Below, one piece after another: positions 59,916 through 64,000 of a DNA stretch of 64,000 bases (its first letter is position 1; every line of letters starts with the position of its first letter). The stretch is from Rickettsiales bacterium (GTDB lineage: Bacteria; Pseudomonadota; Alphaproteobacteria; Rickettsiales; UBA3002): the NCBI GenBank assembly GCA_022763105.1, contig JALEGK010000019.1, positions 357-64,356 of the forward strand. Reading direction: 5' to 3'. Under the pieces are notes generated by a model that saw only the letters and a program-made list of their open reading frames with translations, ran no database searches and had not been told where the DNA came from. The position numbers and the translations under genes were made by a program.

Positions 59916-61106
59916 ATGCAGATTATCGTTTTAGGTATGCACCGATCCGGCACATCAACTGTGACCCGGCTGATCAACATGATGGGCGCTCATGTTGGCG
60001 AAGAGGACGAGCTGATTGGTCAGAATGAGGAAAACCCTAAAGGTTTTTGGGAGCGCAAAGACGTTATTGCGCTGAATGATCAGATTCTGCACGCACACAA
60101 AGCGTCATGGAATAATCTCACCCATTGGACGCATCTGGCAGATAAAGAGGTCGGCTTCCCTAATGATGAGCTGAGAGCTGAATGTGATTACATCATCGCG
60201 CATTTAAATAAGCATCAGCATTGGGTGATTAAAGACCCGCGCCTATGCCAGACATTGCCAATGTGGATGACAGAGCTGCAACGCCCGATTTTGGTCCATG
60301 TGCATCGCGATCCGATGGAAATCGCCATGTCGCTTCATAAGCGTAACGGCATTCTTCTCCAACATGGATTGATGCTGTGGCAATATTCTGCCAGTGCGGT
60401 CTTAAACCTTATGCAGCATCATGCGGTCATTCATGTGCATTACAAAGACGTGCTAGAGAAGCCGATGGAGACGACTCAGTTCCTCTTTGATGCCATTGTT
60501 AAGCAACATCAGGCCAATTACGATCAGGAAGATGCGAAACACAAAATTCTGTATGGCGAAGATGCTCCTGATGAAGAAGCGCATTTAGCTGAAATGGCGC
60601 CAGAGCATGCACTTGAGATGCCACGCGAAAATGATGTGCTTGGTTTTATTGAGCCGTCCTTATATCGCTCAAAAGCAGATGAGATTGATAGCGATCAGAT
60701 TATGACGGTGAAGCAGAAAGCATTGCTTGAGGCGATTGAATCTCAACAGGCGATAGAGTCAGTGCAAGCAATTGCACCGCTTGCTGCAGAGCTGATGCAG
60801 GAGTCTCAGGAGAAGCTCCGCCTGAAGCATATTAACAGCCAAATGCAGGATAATTATACCCGCTCGATGACAACGATTAAAGAGCAGGAAATGCGCATTA
60901 AAGAGCTATGGGGTGATTTGAACGCGGCAAACTTAAATACCGAGCGTTTGCAGACCATTTATGATGAGCAATGCCGTATCAATGCCGAGCTGCGCACGCA
61001 AATCAGCATACTCGGCTCTCATTCGGATGAGTTAAAGAAGATCAAATCCAGCAAGCTATGGCGTATCCGCAATTTGATATTGCGTCAAACTAGCCCTCGT
61101 GAATAA
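59916..61106 (+). CDS. Sulfotransferase-domain protein with a C-terminal coiled coil and a basic amphipathic end
   Basis: 5'-PSB-like loop LGMHRSGTSTV, 3'-PB-like VHVHRDPMEIAMS, heptad-rich residues about 270-380, and terminal KLWRIRNLILRQ. Confidence 0.65.
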   Translation: MQIIVLGMHRSGTSTVTRLINMMGAHVGEEDELIGQNEENPKGFWERKDVIALNDQILHAHKASWNNLTHWTHLADKEVGFPNDELRAECDYIIAHLNKHQHWVIKDPRLCQTLPMWMTELQRPILVHVHRDPMEIAMSLHKRNGILLQHGLMLWQYSASAVLNLMQHHAVIHVHYKDVLEKPMETTQFLFDAIVKQHQANYDQEDAKHKILYGEDAPDEEAHLAEMAPEHALEMPRENDVLGFIEPSLYRSKADEIDSDQIMTVKQKALLEAIESQQAIESVQAIAPLAAELMQESQEKLRLKHINSQMQDNYTRSMTTIKEQEMRIKELWGDLNAANLNTERLQTIYDEQCRINAELRTQISILGSHSDELKKIKSSKLWRIRNLILRQTSPRE

Positions 61107-61782
61107 AGGCGCCCATTTGTAGGTTGCGCGGGTGACCCCAATCACCGTGAATCTGGAAACGCCACGGCATATCTTTCGCACAATACTCAAAATCTTCCTG
61201 AGAATAATGATACGGATCTTTGATGTCGTAGGTGACCACATCATTGCTGATCGAATCATCTGCAGGATGTACTAATGGCTGCGTGATATCGTGGTGATCT
61301 GGGCAATGCGAGAATGATGCGTAGAAGACGCCACCCGGCATCATATGTGGGTGCAGCTTGCTTAGACAATGACGGATATGGTTCATCGGTAAGTGCGTAA
61401 ACACAGACTGCGCCATCGCAACATCGATTTTGGTGTCATTTAGATATGAAAAATCAAACTCAGCGGTCGCGTTGAGGTGAGAGCGTGGTAGACGCTCGCG
61501 CTGACGGTCGGTCAGCTCTTTATTATAGCCCGCATCGAGCAAATCTTCGCTGATATCAACGCCGTAATAATTACCAGAATCCAGGTAATCGACAACCATG
61601 CGGCCCAGACGCAGTGCGCCACAGCCAATATCCAGCAGTTTTTGGTGCTGTTGCAGTCCTTGTGACTTCAAAAACTCAAGCTGCATTTCGCCCAGCTCAT
61701 CCCAGAAACCGCCAACAACATCGCGGTGAGAGCCTGAGAGAATCTTGGTTTTCAGATCATCTGCGTAATACGGACTTGGCAT
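61090..61782 (-). CDS. Class I SAM-dependent methyltransferase
   Basis: Motif I LLDIGCGALRLG. ATG 61782 follows AAGGAGA. The 3' end overlaps the sulfotransferase gene by 17 nt (convergent). Confidence 0.75.
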   Translation of the reverse strand: MPSPYYADDLKTKILSGSHRDVVGGFWDELGEMQLEFLKSQGLQQHQKLLDIGCGALRLGRMVVDYLDSGNYYGVDISEDLLDAGYNKELTDRQRERLPRSHLNATAEFDFSYLNDTKIDVAMAQSVFTHLPMNHIRHCLSKLHPHMMPGGVFYASFSHCPDHHDITQPLVHPADDSISNDVVTYDIKDPYHYSQEDFEYCAKDMPWRFQIHGDWGHPRNLQMGAFIHEG

Positions 61783-61842
61783 GGATATCTCCTTGTTTTT
61801 CTGCAATCCAAAGCGGATGATTAGCAAAGACGCGGGCTTTTG

Positions 61843-63132
61843 TCACGATTTCAATTCACATGACACATTAAGGTCAATATTACCCGCTGGCTCAATGGCT
61901 TGCGGCTCGCGGTCGTCCACAACTTTGAACTGAAGCGCATCGACGATGCGATGGACGAATATATCCTCGTCACCCTCTAGCTTGGTCGTGCCGCAATTTA
62001 AGAAGTAATGTCCCGGTCTGAGCGAGCAATCAAAGCTAAAGCATACTTCGACGGTTTCGTCGGCTTTCGCTTCGTGTTTTTGTTCGGCCAATTCCAGCGC
62101 GACTGCCCCACCGAGATTGATGCCGCGTTTGGTTTTAATCAGCATGCCGTATTTAGGGTGAGTTGCAGGCTCTGTGTAATTCACCGTATAGCGGAACTGA
62201 TAGCGCTCGCCTGTTTGAAGCATGGTTACCGGTTGACCAGATGTATCACATAGATGTGGATTGCTAATGGTTCCGCCATGTTCTTCATACTCAATGCGGC
62301 TTTCGGTTGGCAGCGCATCAGGTGCGGATTCCTGCTTGTCATCTACTGCTGTTAATTGGCCTTTCTTGAGCGCTTCACGAATCGCCGGGCGCTTCTCGCG
62401 AGCGGCATAGATTAAGCGCTGATAGCCGGCGATGACTTCTTTTGGCTCGCCATCGCAAATGAATTCGCCTTCATCGATCATGATAGCGCGGTCGCACAGC
62501 TCAATGACGCTTTGTGCCGCATGCGAGACAAATAAAATACTGGTGCCCTGCTCTTGTAATTCTTTGATGCGGGCAAAGCATTTACGCTGAAAGCCTTCAT
62601 CACCAACTGCTAGCGCTTCATCGATGACGAGAATGTCAGGCTTGACGGATACGGCAACCGAGAATGCCAAACGCACATACATGCCGCTGGAATAGGTTTT
62701 TACGGGCTGTTCCAAGTAATGTTCTTCAAGCCCAGAGAAATTCACAATCGCGTCATATTCGCGATCAATTTCGTCTTGTGAGAGGCCCAAGATTGCCGCG
62801 TTCATATAGATATTATCGCGTCCTGAGAATTCAGGATTAAAGCCAGCGCCTAGCTCTAATAATGCGGAGATTCTTCCCTGAACTTCAACCGAACCGCTGG
62901 TAGGGGCAAGGGTTTTGCAGACCATTTGTAGCAGTGTCGATTTACCCGAACCGTTACGCCCAACGATACCGACCGTCTCGCCTTTATTGACGATGAGATC
63001 AAGTGGTTTGAGCGCTTCGTGATTACGGAAATATTTGCGGCGACCGCGCCATAGCAATTGCTTCAACCGGTCTTCGGGTCGATTATAGATGCGATAGGTC
63101 TTTGAAACCCCACTCAGACGTATCACAGCCAT
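61843..63132 (-). CDS. Polysaccharide-export ABC transporter ATP-binding protein (Wzt/TagH-like) with a C-terminal extension
   Basis: Walker A GRNGSGKST, signature YSSGM, Walker B ILVIDEA, plus a roughly 180-aa beta-rich C-terminal domain as in Wzt carbohydrate-binding domains. Confidence 0.8.
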   Translation of the reverse strand: MAVIRLSGVSKTYRIYNRPEDRLKQLLWRGRRKYFRNHEALKPLDLIVNKGETVGIVGRNGSGKSTLLQMVCKTLAPTSGSVEVQGRISALLELGAGFNPEFSGRDNIYMNAAILGLSQDEIDREYDAIVNFSGLEEHYLEQPVKTYSSGMYVRLAFSVAVSVKPDILVIDEALAVGDEGFQRKCFARIKELQEQGTSILFVSHAAQSVIELCDRAIMIDEGEFICDGEPKEVIAGYQRLIYAAREKRPAIREALKKGQLTAVDDKQESAPDALPTESRIEYEEHGGTISNPHLCDTSGQPVTMLQTGERYQFRYTVNYTEPATHPKYGMLIKTKRGINLGGAVALELAEQKHEAKADETVEVCFSFDCSLRPGHYFLNCGTTKLEGDEDIFVHRIVDALQFKVVDDREPQAIEPAGNIDLNVSCELKS

Positions 63133-63150
63133 ATGTTTGCTCTTGCTAGA

Positions 63151-63987
63151 TTACTCTGCGCTGACCTTACGTTTGATATCACGCAGGCGACGGAACTGGG
63201 CAAGCTGCTCGGTGACAACTTTTGCCTTGATAGGGTCCATTTGCGCTAAGATTGGTGCGACTTTACGTGCAGACATTTTATCGACGACTTGCAGTAGAAT
63301 GGTCATTTCAAGCTCATCGAAAATCTGTGCGGCATCTTTTGCCTTCATATTCTCGTAGATTTTCACCAAGCCCTGAACCTTGCGCTTCTCTTCCTGACTG
63401 TATTCTTTCAGCAGATCTTGCACTTCGCCTTTGATTTGCTTGATCTCATTGATCTTATCATTGATACGCAGTTCGGTTGCCTGAAGCAGCTTGTCTTTAA
63501 GGTCAATTTCGCGCGAGCGTTTTTCGATCTCTTCGCGGCGCTCAGAAAGGCTTTGCAAAATATCCAGCTCGATTTGGCTGTATTCTTTTTTGCGCTCTTT
63601 AACCGATAAGCCCGGCTCGTTATTTAGCTTTGCCAACTCAACATCGTCAGGTGATTCTTCGCCCTCTTTTTTGGCGTCTTTATCTTCCTCATCACCTTCT
63701 TTTTCGGCATCTTCTTCAGCCATCTCTTTTTTGTCTTCAGATTCTTCTGTCTTCTCTTCGGCTGCTTGTGCCTCAGGGATATTCCAGACTTCACCCAGCT
63801 CTACACTACCCTGATACAAATCAGCGATTTTTACGATGAGCATCAGTCCCATCATCGACATGGTAAGCGGTAACAGTCTAAAGCGTGAAGGTGACGCTTT
63901 AGGTGGCTGATAGACATTCTCGGATGGGCTCGATAAGGCAGGCTTAATCGATCCTATAGATTGTGATTCGGTCTTTCGATCATTCAT
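63151..63987 (-). CDS. MotE-like / MgtE_N-domain protein (N-terminal TM segment, acidic coiled coil)
   Basis: The C-terminal ...KDAAQIFDELEMTILLQVVDKMSARKVAPILAQMDPIKAKVVTEQL resembles the MgtE_N/MotE domain. Confidence 0.5.
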   Translation of the reverse strand: MNDRKTESQSIGSIKPALSSPSENVYQPPKASPSRFRLLPLTMSMMGLMLIVKIADLYQGSVELGEVWNIPEAQAAEEKTEESEDKKEMAEEDAEKEGDEEDKDAKKEGEESPDDVELAKLNNEPGLSVKERKKEYSQIELDILQSLSERREEIEKRSREIDLKDKLLQATELRINDKINEIKQIKGEVQDLLKEYSQEEKRKVQGLVKIYENMKAKDAAQIFDELEMTILLQVVDKMSARKVAPILAQMDPIKAKVVTEQLAQFRRLRDIKRKVSAE

Positions 63988-64000
63988 ACTTTCTCACCAC

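Noticed and set aside
58905-63132. Glycan gene cluster starting 26 nt after tRNA-Leu, considered as a tRNA-integrated genomic island
   Set aside because: There is no integrase, no repeat of the tRNA-Leu 3' end in the window and no obvious compositional shift by eye. Adjacency to the tRNA alone is not enough.
1-64000. Whole-window search for CRISPR arrays, IS elements, transposases, integrases, phage genes, rRNA and recognisable defence or toxin-antitoxin modules
   Set aside because: None was found by eye. The only TA-like call is the RatA/Coq10-type SRPBCC protein next to lipA, which is a conserved housekeeping arrangement rather than a mobile TA module.

Overview
This is a chromosomal core segment, and its gene order looks alphaproteobacterial. 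The basis is a 14-gene nuoA-N complex I operon with separate nuoC and nuoD and extra inserted ORFs, the syntenies nuoN-birA-coaX-rnj, argD-argF-hslO and rpoZ-spoT, TTAA-N7-TTAA (CtrA-type) boxes, and a MotE-like gene. Everything was read by eye from the ORF track and the sequence. No homology search, RNA folding or statistics could be run. Most of the window is housekeeping: mutS, maeB, queH, spoT, rpoZ, lipA, mscL, dxs, hslO, argF, argD, rpmI-rplT-pheS, rnj, coaX, birA, nuoA-N, hup, map and four tRNAs (Ser-GGA, Asp-GTC, Val-TAC, Leu-TAA). A polysaccharide-modification and export cluster (GT2, sulfotransferase, methyltransferase, Wzt-type ATPase) lies at the right end. No transposase, integrase, CRISPR array or recognisable defence gene was seen. 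The items most worth a second look are: (1) two membrane proteins inserted between nuoC and nuoD that share a gapless two-cysteine C-terminal module, one of them a highly acidic, polyproline and Met-rich protein; (2) a 1915-aa protein with no recognisable motifs whose upstream region carries two perfect TTAA-N7-TTAA boxes; (3) a 504-aa protein with tandem cytidine-deaminase folds directly downstream of mutS; (4) a leaderless CHAP/NlpC-P60-like cysteine peptidase preceded by three ATGACA hexamers phased at 11 bp; (5) partial tRNA duplications at tRNA-Ser (promoter plus 5' end) and tRNA-Asp (3' end plus terminator); (6) a histone-H1-like Lys/Ala tail on the malic enzyme; (7) a sulfotransferase followed by a coiled coil and an amphipathic helix, next to a Wzt with a C-terminal extension, an architecture analogous to WbdD chain terminators.
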